This document shows, in pieces, positions 21,186-31,855 of a stretch of DNA of 64,000 nucleotides. The notes below the pieces were generated by a model that was not told the DNA's origin, searched no databases, and saw only the letters and a list, made by a program, of their open reading frames with translations. Source of the DNA: an uncultured Gemmataceae bacterium. GTDB lineage: Bacteria; Planctomycetota; Planctomycetia; Gemmatales; Gemmataceae. Position 1 is the stretch's first letter. The number at the start of each line of letters is the position of its first letter. The DNA is taken from NCBI GenBank assembly GCA_963750165.1, contig CAVVPN010000011.1:640001-704000 (forward strand). The letters run 5' to 3'. The translations under genes and the position numbers were made by a program.

Positions 21186-22571
21186 ATGCACGCCGACGTT
21201 CCCACCACCCCGGTTGCCGCCGACCCCAGTGGCCGGCCCTGGTATCGCGAACTGAGCCGCTACCACTGGTTCGTCCTGACCGTCGCCGCCCTCGGCTGGC
21301 TGTTCGACTGCCTGGACCAGCAGCTCTTTAACCTGGCGCGCAACCCGGCGGTGACGGAATTGCTCGGCACCGGGACCGACCGCCTGGTGATCGACCGCAC
21401 CAGTGGATACGTCACCTCGATCTTCATCCTCGGCTGGGCGACGGGCGGCCTGGTGTTCGGCATCCTCGGCGACCGCATCGGCCGCGCCCGCACCATGCTG
21501 CTGACCATTCTCATCTACTCGCTCTGCACCGGCCTGAGCGCCCTGTCCTGGGACATCTGGTCGTTCTCGTTCTTCCGCTTCGTGACCGGCCTGGGCGTGG
21601 GCGGCGAGTTCGCGGTCGGCGTGGCGCTGGTGGCCGAGGTCATGCCCGACCGGGCCCGGCCGCACGCCCTGGGCTGGCTGCAAACGCTGTCCGCCGTCGG
21701 CAACATCGCCGCCGCCCTGATCAACATCAGTCTCGGCGTCGCCGAGGGCGAGGGCATGCTCGGCGGCTGGACGCCGTGGCGCATCATGTTCGTGATCGGG
21801 GCGCTGCCGGCACTGCTGGCCATCCTGGTGCGCTGGCGGCTCCAGGAACCGGCCCGCTGGCAGCAGGTCGTGGCCGAGACGGGCGAGCAGCGCAAGGCCG
21901 GCTCCATGAAAGAACTGCTCGGCGACCCGACCTGGCGGCGGCACGCGCTGGTGGGCCTGGGGTTAGCCATTCCGGGGGTCGTCGGCTTGTGGGGCATCGG
22001 CTTTTTCAGCTTCGATTTCGTCCGCGCTGTGTTCCGGCGCACGTACGAGGCGGAAGGGCTCAGCCAGGAAGTCATTCGCGGCAAGTTGACGATGCTGGTC
22101 GGCGTCGTCTCCGTGCTGCAAAACCTGGGCGGCGCGCTGGGGATCTACCTGTTCAAGGTCTTCACACAGCACAGCGGCCGCCGGCCGGCGTTCGCGGTGG
22201 CGTTCGTGCTCGCCATCCTCAGCACCGCCGGCACCTTCTGGTTCCTGAACGATTACTACGACGTCTTCTGGATGATCCCCCTGATGGGCTTTTGCCAGCT
22301 CACCCTGTTCGGCGGCTACGCCATCTACTTCCCGGAGTTGTTCCCCACCCGACTGCGCAGCACGGGCACGTCGTTTTGCTACAACGTCGGCCGCTTCGTC
22401 GCCGCGCTCGGGCCGCTGACGATGGGCGAGTTGATCAATACGGTCTTCGGCCACCACGGCCAGATCATGGCGTGGCGCTACACCGGCGTGACGATGTGCG
22501 CCGTCTTCCTCATCGGCTTGATGGTGCTGCCGTTCGCCCCGGAGACCCGCGGCAAACCGCTGCCGGAATGA
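21186..22571 (+). CDS. MFS transporter
   Basis: LGWLFD, GILGDRIGR, GLGVGGE, PELFPTRLR, PETRGK; about 12 TM segments. Confidence 0.95.
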   Translation: MHADVPTTPVAADPSGRPWYRELSRYHWFVLTVAALGWLFDCLDQQLFNLARNPAVTELLGTGTDRLVIDRTSGYVTSIFILGWATGGLVFGILGDRIGRARTMLLTILIYSLCTGLSALSWDIWSFSFFRFVTGLGVGGEFAVGVALVAEVMPDRARPHALGWLQTLSAVGNIAAALINISLGVAEGEGMLGGWTPWRIMFVIGALPALLAILVRWRLQEPARWQQVVAETGEQRKAGSMKELLGDPTWRRHALVGLGLAIPGVVGLWGIGFFSFDFVRAVFRRTYEAEGLSQEVIRGKLTMLVGVVSVLQNLGGALGIYLFKVFTQHSGRRPAFAVAFVLAILSTAGTFWFLNDYYDVFWMIPLMGFCQLTLFGGYAIYFPELFPTRLRSTGTSFCYNVGRFVAALGPLTMGELINTVFGHHGQIMAWRYTGVTMCAVFLIGLMVLPFAPETRGKPLPE

Positions 22572-22606
22572 ACCCGGCACCGGGTCGCAGCGTATCAGGA
22601 AGAAGG

Positions 22607-22703
22607 TTCACCACAAAGACACGGAGGACACAAAGGAAAAGGCAAAGAAAGAATTGAATTGATTAATCTTTTTCCTTTGTGTCCTCCGTGTCTTTGTGGC
22701 GAA
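22607..22703. repeat. Family-1 palindrome variant between convergent genes
   Basis: ttcaccacaaagacacggaggacacaaaggaaaa ... ttttcctttgtgtcctccgtgtctttgtggcgaa. Confidence 0.85.
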
Positions 22704-22707
22704 TACC

Positions 22708-23658
22708 TCAGTTGCACTCGGCCACGAGGGGCGTCGCCAGTTCGCTGAGGTAGAACAGTCGCCCCGGCAGCGTCGGCATGAACGAGCTGGGGATCCACGG
22801 CGTCGGCTCGTGCAGCAGCGTCATCCGCAACGACAGGCCCTGCCACTGCATGCCGCGGCCCAGCACTCCGTCGGCGCCGCCGATGGCGCGGTCGGCCGAC
22901 AGGAACAGGGCCGGCCCGATCGTGTTGGCGTACGCCGGCACCAGCGTTGTGCGGCTCTTGAAGCTGGTGATCGCGTTCTGCTCCACCGTCAACGGGTGCA
23001 GTCGGGCGCCCAGACGGTGCGTCTGCTGCTTCCAGGCCGCCGTGTCCGCGAACTCCGCGGCGAAGTGCGGCTCCCAGAAGGCGATGTGACAGACGCGGCC
23101 GATGCCGTACACCGTCACCAGCTTCGCCCCTTGTTTCTTCAGGTCCGCGAGCTGGGCGGCATAGGTCGGCAACTCATCCTTCAGAGCGAAGTGCCGCTGT
23201 CTGGGCGGCACCGTGCCGCGGCCGAGCGGGCCGTAAAACGCCTGCTCCATCGCGTACTGGAAGGCGCCGCGGTTGTCCGGCGGCAGCGTGTTGCCCTGGG
23301 CGTCCGACCATTCGTCCATGTTGAAGCCGTGAACATGGTCGCAGCCGACACCCCACTCGCTCAGGAAGTAGACCGCCCAGCGGTACATGCCCATCGGCCC
23401 GACTGGCAAGATGAGCGCCAGCGGCCGGCCAGCAACGCGGGCCAGCTGGATTTCGCGGGCGATTTCGTGGCCCATGTAGGTGTCGAAGTCCGCGACGCTG
23501 GCACAGGCCACCGGCTCGAACTGCGGGTGCCACCACGGACAGCGCCGCGCCAGGTCCGCCTGAGCCACGGCGCCGAGGCGGTCGATTTTTTGCAGGTCCC
23601 AGCCGGCCGGGAAGAAGCCTTCCAGCAGCGAGCCGGCCATCGTGGTGAGCAGGTTCAT
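22708..23658 (-). CDS. Glucosamine-6-phosphate isomerase/deaminase (NagB-like) family protein
   Basis: [30 protein letters not shown] motifs. Confidence 0.8.
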   Translation of the reverse strand: MNLLTTMAGSLLEGFFPAGWDLQKIDRLGAVAQADLARRCPWWHPQFEPVACASVADFDTYMGHEIAREIQLARVAGRPLALILPVGPMGMYRWAVYFLSEWGVGCDHVHGFNMDEWSDAQGNTLPPDNRGAFQYAMEQAFYGPLGRGTVPPRQRHFALKDELPTYAAQLADLKKQGAKLVTVYGIGRVCHIAFWEPHFAAEFADTAAWKQQTHRLGARLHPLTVEQNAITSFKSRTTLVPAYANTIGPALFLSADRAIGGADGVLGRGMQWQGLSLRMTLLHEPTPWIPSSFMPTLPGRLFYLSELATPLVAECN

Positions 23659-23865
23659 GGGGTCTCTCAACAAGGAGGAAGATCGTGCGGCGCCTGTGTC
23701 AGACAGGTATATGCGCCGCGCCTCGGTTCGCCACGCCCCCCGGCGGCGGGAGTTTGGCGCGGGGCTTGTTTTTGGGCCGCCACCTTATACAAAGAAGAAA
23801 TTCGCGTAGCGAACTGTTCCGTTTCACCGTGAAAGATACCGGCCAGTGCCGGGAGGAAGAACCCG

Positions 23866-24840
23866 ATGATGCGCGTGTTTTGGCGGGGCTGTCTGGTGGT
23901 CGCGGCGGTCCTGGGGATGACCGTGTCCGCCTCCGCCCAGGAAAAGCTGGTCTGGAAGGCCTTCGACTCCAAGCAGCCTTTCTACCAGGAGATGACCACC
24001 GAAACGAATCAGAAAATGACCGTCATGGGCATGGAGGTCAACCAGACGCAGAACCAGACCTTCTACCTGCAGTGGACGCCCCTGACCGACAAGAGCACCA
24101 AGGACACCTGGGTGGTCGAGCAGAAGATCATCGGCGTCAAGATGAACATCAACATTGGCGGCAACAATATCTCCTACGACTCCACCGCCAAGGACCAGCC
24201 GCAGAACCCGTTGACCGACTTCTTCAAGGCCCTGACCAGCAAGGAAGCCAAGTTCATCCTCACCATCAACAAGGATGACATGAAGGTGACCAAGATCGAA
24301 GGCCGCAAGGAGTTCATCGACGAGCTCATCAAGTCCAACCAGCAGCTGGACACGCTGCTCAAGCAGATCCTCAGCGAGGACGCGCTCAAGCAGATGGCCG
24401 ACCCGACCTTCGCCGCCATCCCGCCCAAGGGCGAGATTCCCAAGAGCGGCACCTGGGAGAAGAAGGACGTCATCCTGAACATGGGCCCGATCGGCACCTA
24501 CGAAACCAGCTACACCTACAAGGTGGACACGAAGACTCTCGCCGACAAGTTCAAGCAGGGCAAGGTGACCATCGACATGAGTGTGACGATGAAATACAAG
24601 GCCCCCGACGCCAAGAGCGGGGCGCTGCCCTTCACCATCAAGGAAGGCAAACTCGACGGCAAGAGCAAGGAAGGCAAGATCGTCTTCGACGTGACCAATG
24701 GCCGCATTGAAACCATGGACCTGACGCTGGACCTGGACGGCTCGCTCACCATCGAGATCGCCGGCCAGCCCACCACGGTCACCCTCAAGCAGACGCAGAA
24801 AACGACCCTGAAGACCCTGGAAAAGAGCCCCCTCCCGTAA
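23866..24840 (+). CDS. Exported Lys/Thr-rich beta protein (DUF6263-like)
   Basis: Signal peptide, ISYDS motif, strongly biased codon usage; the family assignment is tentative. Confidence 0.7.
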   Translation: MMRVFWRGCLVVAAVLGMTVSASAQEKLVWKAFDSKQPFYQEMTTETNQKMTVMGMEVNQTQNQTFYLQWTPLTDKSTKDTWVVEQKIIGVKMNINIGGNNISYDSTAKDQPQNPLTDFFKALTSKEAKFILTINKDDMKVTKIEGRKEFIDELIKSNQQLDTLLKQILSEDALKQMADPTFAAIPPKGEIPKSGTWEKKDVILNMGPIGTYETSYTYKVDTKTLADKFKQGKVTIDMSVTMKYKAPDAKSGALPFTIKEGKLDGKSKEGKIVFDVTNGRIETMDLTLDLDGSLTIEIAGQPTTVTLKQTQKTTLKTLEKSPLP

Positions 24841-24852
24841 CTGGACCCGTTT

Positions 24853-24932
24853 GCGGATGGGTGGAGCGGAAGTCGCCAGACTTTCGTCCGGTGCTCCTCG
24901 GAAGTCTGGCGATTTCCGCTCCACCCATCCGC
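24853..24932. repeat. ~30-bp-arm inverted repeat between convergent genes (REP/terminator)
   Basis: gcggatgggtggagcggaagtcgccagactt ... aagtctggcgatttccgctccacccatccgc. Confidence 0.85.
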
Positions 24933-24939
24933 GCTGGTT

Positions 24940-26352
24940 TTACCGCCGCTCCAGTTGCGCCAGCCGTTGCTCCCAGTCCGCACAGACCGCCAGCGTCCGC
25001 GCCTCCGCGGCGCCGGTGTAGTTGGCCGGGTCGTCCAGCACTGCCCGCTGCTGCGGCGTCAGCCGTTGAAAATACGCCGCCACCGTTTTGTCCGCGCGGA
25101 TCACCTGGTTGAGCGGCACCCGCTGCGCCCGCGCCTGCTGGGCCAGCACCCGCGCCTGCTCGTGCGCGTCGGGGTGGCCGGCCAGCGACAGCAGCACGTA
25201 CAGCGGCTCCGCCACCACCGGATCCTTGCCACCCTCCAATATTTCCGCCATGCGGCGCACGTCCGCCTCCACGCCGTCCAGCGTGCCGCTCAGCCGGTGG
25301 ACGCCATAGGCGAACGCCGTCACGAACTCCGTCACGAAGCGCATCGACGCCGAGTTGGTCAGGTCGCGCTGGTGCTCGGAAATCTGATCCAGCAACACCG
25401 TCTGCAACCGCGGCACATACGCCTTCCACAAACTCTTGACGTTCTCGAAATCCTTGGGGTTGACCTTGTGCGGCATCGTCGAGGAACCGACGACCTGTGT
25501 GCCGGGGTCGCTCTCCTTGCGGTCGCGGATTTCGTGGATTTCGCTGCGCTGCAGGTTGCGGCCGTCGTCGGCGAGGTTGGCCAGCACGCCCCAGCAGGAC
25601 GCCAGGGCGTACACGAAGTCGGCGACGTACTCCGGCTGCACAATCTGGCTGGAAATCTCCGGCGCCGCCAGGCCGAGCTTCGTCATCAGGGCCGCTTCCA
25701 GTTCCTCGGGATGTTCCGGCCGCAGCAGCGCCAGGGCGTTGTAGGCGCCGACGGCGCCGGCAAACTTGCCACGCAGGTTACCGGCGACGCGGACAAGCTG
25801 CTCCAGGCGCTGGCCGAGGCGCGAGACGTACAGCGCCAGTGCGAAGCCGAAGGTCAGCGGCACCGCGTGCTGACCGTGCGTGCGGCCCATCTGCTTCGTG
25901 GCCGCGTGCTGCCGGGCCAGGGCGATCAGCTGCCGCAGCAGCCGGGCCAGCGCCGGCACCAACACGGCGGCGGTCACGTCCTTCAGGCACAGCGCCCGGG
26001 CGGTGTCCATGATGTCAGCGGAGGTGGCGAACAGGTGGACGAACGGCCGGGCCGCCGGGCTGACGCGGTTGCGGACGCAGTTGACCAGCGCCCGCAGGTT
26101 GTGCTGGATGCGTCGCTCCTCCTCGTAGACCTCCTCGGCGGTAATCTGCTCACAGGCCTTGGCGATCTCCGCGGCGGCCGCTGCATTGCAAACGCCGTGG
26201 TCCGCCAGGGTCGCCGCCAGCGCCGCCTCGACGCGCGCCAGGTAGCGGACCTGCGCGGCCTCGGAGACGTAAGGGTGCAGGCGTTCGTAGAACGCGCGGT
26301 CGGCGAAGTAATAGCGGGCATCCAGCGGCGACGCGGCATCAAACGGATTCAT
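24940..26352 (-). CDS. purB: Adenylosuccinate lyase
   Basis: SPLDARY, ATSADI, GRTHGQHA, GAVG, GSSTMPHKVNP, HQRDLTNS. Confidence 0.9.
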   Translation of the reverse strand: MNPFDAASPLDARYYFADRAFYERLHPYVSEAAQVRYLARVEAALAATLADHGVCNAAAAAEIAKACEQITAEEVYEEERRIQHNLRALVNCVRNRVSPAARPFVHLFATSADIMDTARALCLKDVTAAVLVPALARLLRQLIALARQHAATKQMGRTHGQHAVPLTFGFALALYVSRLGQRLEQLVRVAGNLRGKFAGAVGAYNALALLRPEHPEELEAALMTKLGLAAPEISSQIVQPEYVADFVYALASCWGVLANLADDGRNLQRSEIHEIRDRKESDPGTQVVGSSTMPHKVNPKDFENVKSLWKAYVPRLQTVLLDQISEHQRDLTNSASMRFVTEFVTAFAYGVHRLSGTLDGVEADVRRMAEILEGGKDPVVAEPLYVLLSLAGHPDAHEQARVLAQQARAQRVPLNQVIRADKTVAAYFQRLTPQQRAVLDDPANYTGAAEARTLAVCADWEQRLAQLERR

Positions 26353-26614
26353 CGCGGTCACTCGGGTCAGGGATGGCGAGGGTGTCGGCCCCGGCATTCT
26401 AGAGCGTTTCGCGTCCAGGTGTAGCGGTCTGGTGTTGAGCCCCGCAGCGGCGACAGCCAATCGCCAGGGCCGTCAGGCCCTGGAACGCAACGGGGGGCGC
26501 GGCCGCGGACTCCGCGAAAAATGTGCTACGATGCTTGCGAGCGGTAAATTCGTCGGTTATTTAATACACCTGTCACCACAAAATCACCAACCACCCCTTC
26601 CAGGAGGCACCGCG

Positions 26615-28064
26615 ATGGCGACCGTGAAAGCGTGGAAAGTCGGCGACAACAGCGCGCACCGCTTTCCCGGACGACTTTGAGATTGTCAAGAAAGCGGTCC
26701 TGCAAGTTACCGATATCAAGACCAACCACAACAAGTATTACGCCATCGAGCTGCACAAGGGCACCATCAAGGGCAAGACCCTTTTCCGCATCTACACGCA
26801 CTACGGCCGCACCGACGACCTGGAAACCAACCCCGACGCCGGCCAGAAAGAGTGCCGTTACTTCGACACCGTCGGCGAGGCGGACGCCAACTACCAGTCC
26901 ATTTACCGCGAGAAAACCGGGCCGCGCAAGGGCTATCGGGAGGTGGCGCTGGCGTCGAGCAAGATCGGCTCGCAGAAGGCACGCGGCACCAGCACCGGCG
27001 AGGTCGATGAGAAGACGCTGCAGCGCATCGCCGCCACGCAGAACGGCGGCGCCGCCCCGGCCGCGGTCGTCAAGCAGAGCAGTCTCGATCCGGGCGTGCA
27101 GCGCCTGGTGCGCTACATCTACGACGAGGCCACCAGCGCCCTGACCAGCACCGTCGCCGCCAAGATCACCGCCCAGGGCATTGAGACGCCGCTCGGCGTG
27201 TTGACCCTCGGACAGATCGACAAGGGCGATAAAATCCTGGCGGAAATGTACGACATCTTTGAGAAGAAGCCCAAGGGCTACCAGGCGAAGTTGGAAGCGC
27301 TGACGGGCGATTTTTACTCCGCCATCCCGCACCGCATTGGCCGCACCCGCGCCGCCATCGCCAGCTCCGTCATCGACAACCTGACCGCCTTCGAGCAGAA
27401 GCAATCGACGCTGCAACTCATGAAGGACATGTTGCAGGTCAATGGCGAGGGCGGCAGCGTCCTGTTCGACGCCAGGATCGACACCGAGTACGAGGCGCTG
27501 AAGTGCAACATCGGCTACCTCGATCCCAAGTTGTCGGAATACAAGGAACTCGCCGACCACGTTGTCAAGAGCCAGGTCAAGTCGAAGAGCATCAAGGTGC
27601 AGCACATCTACACGCTGAAGCGGCCCGACGAGTGGACGGCCTTTACCGAGCAGATGGACAACCACAAACTGCTGTTCCACGGCTCGCGCATTCAGAACTG
27701 GGTGGGCATCCTGTCGCGCGGCATCCTGCTGCCGAAGATCGTCGTGAGCATGGGCGTCAACCGCACGGACGCCGGCTGGCTGGGTCACGGCATCTACTTC
27801 GGCGACGCTGCCTGCACCAGCTTCTTTTACGCGACGCCCGGCCGCCACAAGACGCGCATGATCGCCATCGCGCGGGTCGCCCTCGGCAAGAAAAAGGAAT
27901 ACACCAAGATCACCTACGGTCTGAACAAGCCGCCCGATGGTTTCGACAGCTGCCACGGCGTCCGCAACAAGCCGGGCAAGCCGTCGGAGTTTGCTGACGA
28001 CGAGTATGTCATCTACACCAACCAGCAGCAGCGTCTTGAGTATTTGGTCGAAGTCACGGGGTAA
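26615..28064 (+). CDS. WGR + PARP regulatory + PARP catalytic domain ADP-ribosyltransferase; +1 frameshift near 26657-26678
   Basis: AGGAGG RBS and ATG 26615; NHNKYYAIEL..THYGR (WGR), PLG.L/FYSAIPH (regulatory), FHGS, GIYF, DEYVIY (H-Y-E triad). Confidence 0.9.
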
Positions 28065-28176
28065 AATCCGAATACCGAATGTCGAAATCCGAAACAAATT
28101 CAAAATCCGAAGAGGAAAATTCAAAACGAAGAACCCGACACGCTGTTTCGGATTTCGGATTTCGAGATTCGAATTT
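28064..28176. repeat. Heptamer (AAATCCG/CGGATTT) inverted repeat between PARP and macrodomain genes
   Basis: aaatccgaataccgaatgtcgaaatccgaaaca ... tgtttcggatttcggatttcgagattcgaattt. Confidence 0.8.
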
Positions 28177-28194
28177 GTTCTTGGGAGGAAAGCC

Positions 28195-28920
28195 ATGTTT
28201 GTACACGTGATCCTGGTGGATGTCAACAAGAAGATGGTCGATGCCTGGCGTTCCGTCTTCGAGGAAAACCCCGAAGTTGAGATCGTCCACGGCTCGATAC
28301 TGGATCAACCGGTCAGCGCCTGGGTGTCGCCGACCAACTCCAAGGGCAGCATGGATGGCGGCCTCGACGCCATCATCAAGAAGCACCTCGGCAGCAAGAT
28401 CGAGACGCGGCTGCAAAAGGAAATCCAGCTGCGCTACGGCGGCAACCTGCCGGTGGGCCACGCCATTAGCACGCCGACTGATCGGCCGCAGCCGCGTTAC
28501 CTGATTTCGACGCCGACCATGCGCACCTCGTCGGAGGACATCAGCGACACGCTCAACGTGGCGCTGGCGTGCGCCGCGGCGTTCCAGGCGGTCCACATCC
28601 AGAACCAGCAAGAACCGGGCGGCATCCGCTCGGTGGCGCTGCCGGGCCTCGGCGCCCAGACGGGCCGGGTGCCGGTGGAGATCTGCGCCGACCTGATGTG
28701 GACCGGCTACAATCTGTTCCGCGATGCCGAATTCCGCGACTTCGCCTCCGTCCGCGCCGCGCTGGAGGAGCAACTCGGCGATCTGGGGCCGACCAGCAAG
28801 AGCGCCAAGAAGAAGCTCACGGTGCCCAAGGGAATTGAGAAGCCCATGCCCCTGCCGCCCGAGCCGGCGCCCAAGCCGTCGAAAAAGGGACCGGACGTGG
28901 ATTTTGACGACTACGAGTAA
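28195..28920 (+). CDS. Macrodomain (ADP-ribose binding/hydrolase) protein
   Basis: HGSI, VSPTNSKGSMDGGLD, PTMR, ALPGLGAQTG; GGGAGG RBS; K/P-rich tail ending in acidic DFDDYE. Confidence 0.9.
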   Translation: MFVHVILVDVNKKMVDAWRSVFEENPEVEIVHGSILDQPVSAWVSPTNSKGSMDGGLDAIIKKHLGSKIETRLQKEIQLRYGGNLPVGHAISTPTDRPQPRYLISTPTMRTSSEDISDTLNVALACAAAFQAVHIQNQQEPGGIRSVALPGLGAQTGRVPVEICADLMWTGYNLFRDAEFRDFASVRAALEEQLGDLGPTSKSAKKKLTVPKGIEKPMPLPPEPAPKPSKKGPDVDFDDYE

Positions 28921-28941
28921 CGGAGGTCTGCTGCTGGCGGC

Positions 28942-30861
28942 CTAGCGCTCCGCGGACGCCAGCGCCTGGTTGACCGCCACCCACAGTTCGTTCATGCGGA
29001 ACGGCTTGCGCAGCAGACTGACGCCCGGCTCCTGCAACAGCCGCGGCGCCGGGTCCGCCTGCAGCAGACCAGTACACAACAGCACCGGCAGCTGCGGCAG
29101 CCGCTGCCGCAGTGCGTCGAACGTCGCCGATCCTTCCTCGCGCGGGATCATCAGGTCAAGCACCACCAGGTCCGCCTCCTGTCCCTGGTCCAGCAGCGCC
29201 AGCGCTTCCTGGCCGTTGGCAGCGCAGGCGATCCGGTGGCCGGGGATCTCCAGGAAGCGGCGCACGACATCGCGCACCGCCTCCTCGTCGTCAATCACCA
29301 GGATGTTGCGGCCCGGGGCCTCGTCTGGCTCCAGCACCTGGCCGGCCTCCAGGCCGACCACCCCCGGCCGGCCGGGCGTCCCCGTCAGCCGCGGCAGGTA
29401 CAATCCCACCGTCGTGCCGGCGCCCGGCTGGGTGCGAATCGTCAGGTAGCCCTGATGGCCGTGGACGATGCCGAACGCCACCGGCAAACCCAACCCCGTG
29501 CCCTGGCCCACATCCTTGGTGGTGAAGAACGGGTCCAGCGCCTGGTTAAGCACCTCGGGCGTCATGCCGCTGCCGTGATCCTCCACCTCCAGCACCACGT
29601 AATCGCCCGCCAGCACGCGCTCCGGAAAGAACGGCTGCTCCGCCGCCAGCACGACATGGCGGAGGCGGAAGATGATCGGTGTGACCTGCTGCATGGCGTC
29701 GCGGGCGTTCAGCGCCAGGTTGACCAGCACCTGCTGCAACTGATTGGCGTCCGCCAGTGCCGTCAGCGGTTCGTCGTCGGTCTCCGGGAGTTCCAGATCG
29801 ACCTCCAGCGCCAGCGAGTGCCGCACCAGTTCCGCGGTGCCGCGCAGCAACCCCTCCATGCGCGTCGGCTGCCGGCTCAGCGCCGGCTTGCGCGCGAAGG
29901 CCAGCAGCCGCCGCGTCAGGTCCGCCGCCCGGTCGGACAGATCGACGATGAACTGCAAGAACTGCTTCAGCGACGGCGGCACGCTCGGCTCGCGCAGCCC
30001 CAGGGCGGCGTAGCCCTGGATGCCGGCCAGCAGGTTGTTGAACTCGTGGGCGACGCCGCCGGCCAGCGTACCGACGCTCTGCATCTTCTGGGCGTGCATC
30101 AGTTGCCGCTCCAGCTGTTTGCGTTCGCCAATGTCGCGGTAGATGCCGACGAAATGCGTCATGGCGCCGCGGCTGTCGATGATCGGCGAGACCGTCAGCG
30201 AGGCGTCGAACAGTGAGCCGTCCTTGCGGCGGTTGATCAACTCGCCCTGCCAGCTGCTGCGGCCCAGGATGGTGCGCCACAGCTCGGCGTAGAACTCCGT
30301 CGGGTGCAGGCCGCTCTTGAACAGGCGCGGCGTCTGGCCGAGCAGTTCGTGGCGGGGGTAGCCGGTCAGACCCTCCAGGGCCTGGTTGACGTGCAGGATG
30401 ACGCCCTGCAGGTCGGTGATGACGATGCCGTCGCGCGCCGACTCCAGGGCCTCGACGAGCAGGCGGTTGGTCTGCTGCAGGCGGTGGCGCGTGACGGCCT
30501 CGGCGACGCGCTTGGGCAACTCGACCAGGAACTCCAGGGCCCTGTCCTTGGCGACGTAGTCCAGGGCGCCGGCGAGCATCGCCTGGATGGCCAGGTCCTC
30601 GTCGCCCAGGCCGGTGATGAGCAGCACGGGCGGGCTGAGGTTCTCGCGGTGCAGCCGTTCCAGCAGCTCCAGGCCGTTCATGTCGGGCAGGTCCCAGTCG
30701 AGGACGACCAGGTCGAACTGCGTCTGGCCGAGGACGATGAGGGCGTCGGCGGCGGTGCCGCAGGTGGTGACCTCGTGGCCGGCCCGCTCCAGGCTGCGGC
30801 GGATGAGCAGCACGAAGTCGGGGTTGTCTTCCACCAGGAACAGGCGCAGGCGCTCAGCCAT
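28942..30861 (-). CDS. Hybrid sensor histidine kinase (REC-PAS-HisKA-HATPase-REC)
   Basis: LVEDN..D..LP, PAS ([12 protein letters not shown]), [28 protein letters not shown]-terminal receiver. Confidence 0.95.
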   Translation of the reverse strand: MAERLRLFLVEDNPDFVLLIRRSLERAGHEVTTCGTAADALIVLGQTQFDLVVLDWDLPDMNGLELLERLHRENLSPPVLLITGLGDEDLAIQAMLAGALDYVAKDRALEFLVELPKRVAEAVTRHRLQQTNRLLVEALESARDGIVITDLQGVILHVNQALEGLTGYPRHELLGQTPRLFKSGLHPTEFYAELWRTILGRSSWQGELINRRKDGSLFDASLTVSPIIDSRGAMTHFVGIYRDIGERKQLERQLMHAQKMQSVGTLAGGVAHEFNNLLAGIQGYAALGLREPSVPPSLKQFLQFIVDLSDRAADLTRRLLAFARKPALSRQPTRMEGLLRGTAELVRHSLALEVDLELPETDDEPLTALADANQLQQVLVNLALNARDAMQQVTPIIFRLRHVVLAAEQPFFPERVLAGDYVVLEVEDHGSGMTPEVLNQALDPFFTTKDVGQGTGLGLPVAFGIVHGHQGYLTIRTQPGAGTTVGLYLPRLTGTPGRPGVVGLEAGQVLEPDEAPGRNILVIDDEEAVRDVVRRFLEIPGHRIACAANGQEALALLDQGQEADLVVLDLMIPREEGSATFDALRQRLPQLPVLLCTGLLQADPAPRLLQEPGVSLLRKPFRMNELWVAVNQALASAER

Positions 30862-30896
30862 GATCGAGTCACCACCTGGGACGGGGCGGCCGCCGG

Positions 30897-31613
30897 TCAC
30901 GCCCCGGGTACGAACAGGGTCAGGAGCACGCCGCCTTCGGGCTCGGCGGCCACGGTCAGCTGGCCGTGGCAGCAGTCGGCCAGTTCCCGGGCGAGCACCA
31001 CGTCGAGGCGCTGCCGCAGGGCCGCGTCGGTCGGGGTCGCGGCGGCCGCGCCGCCCCGGCGCGGCAGGCGGAGCGTCAGGGCCACACCGGCGGCCACGGC
31101 CGCCGCGGCGCCCTGCAGGCGCACCACGCCGGGCCCCGCGGACGTCAGCAGCACGCGCGCCATCTGCAACACCGTCTGCTGCAGGGCGCGGCGCGGCGCC
31201 CGCACCGCCGACGCCTCCAGGTGGAAATGGTACTCGATGACCTGGGTGGGATACAACAGGTTGACGGCGGCGCGCACCTCGCCGAGCAGATCGGCCAGGG
31301 GCACGACCTCGGCGGTGCCGCCGGCGCCGGTCAGCCGGCAAAGCTCTCGCAAGGTGCTGACCATGTTCTGGGCGTTCTGGGTGGCGCTGTGGAGGCGGCG
31401 CAGGTAATCGTGGCCCTGCGGCGTGAGGTGTTCCGCCTCGTCGATTTTGAGGTTTTGCAGCAGCCCCTGGATGACGACCAGGTGGTTGGGCAGGTCGTGG
31501 TTGATGGTGGGGCGCATGGCCTCCAGGAGGCGGGCGGCGCGTTGCAGCGGGCGCGCCGAATCGTTCACAGGGCCGGCGGGCGGCCGGCGCTCGCCTTCCG
31601 CTTCGCGGGTCAT
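30897..31613 (-). CDS. HisKA-domain protein with degenerate ATPase domain
   Basis: INHDLPNHL H-box; N, G1 and G2 boxes not recognisable. Confidence 0.7.
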   Translation of the reverse strand: MTREAEGERRPPAGPVNDSARPLQRAARLLEAMRPTINHDLPNHLVVIQGLLQNLKIDEAEHLTPQGHDYLRRLHSATQNAQNMVSTLRELCRLTGAGGTAEVVPLADLLGEVRAAVNLLYPTQVIEYHFHLEASAVRAPRRALQQTVLQMARVLLTSAGPGVVRLQGAAAAVAAGVALTLRLPRRGGAAAATPTDAALRQRLDVVLARELADCCHGQLTVAAEPEGGVLLTLFVPGA

Positions 31614-31855
31614 GGCGGTACCTCCGTCCCGGGCGCCTGCGTGACGGGTGTGGCGCGGCCGGGGCTGTGGCAGAGGGGGGTGGGTGTTTCGTTGGGCGGG
31701 AAGACACGCAATCTCCTTTGTAGAGGGCCGGCGCCGGGAAAGGAAGGTGAATTTTTCGTGAAGTGTGCCGGCAGCGCGGCGCGCACCGGGGGCGCCGGGC
31801 GGGGCCGCAGTTGGTACGCTGACCGAGGCGTCGCCCCCCGAGCCGTGGAGCCGAC

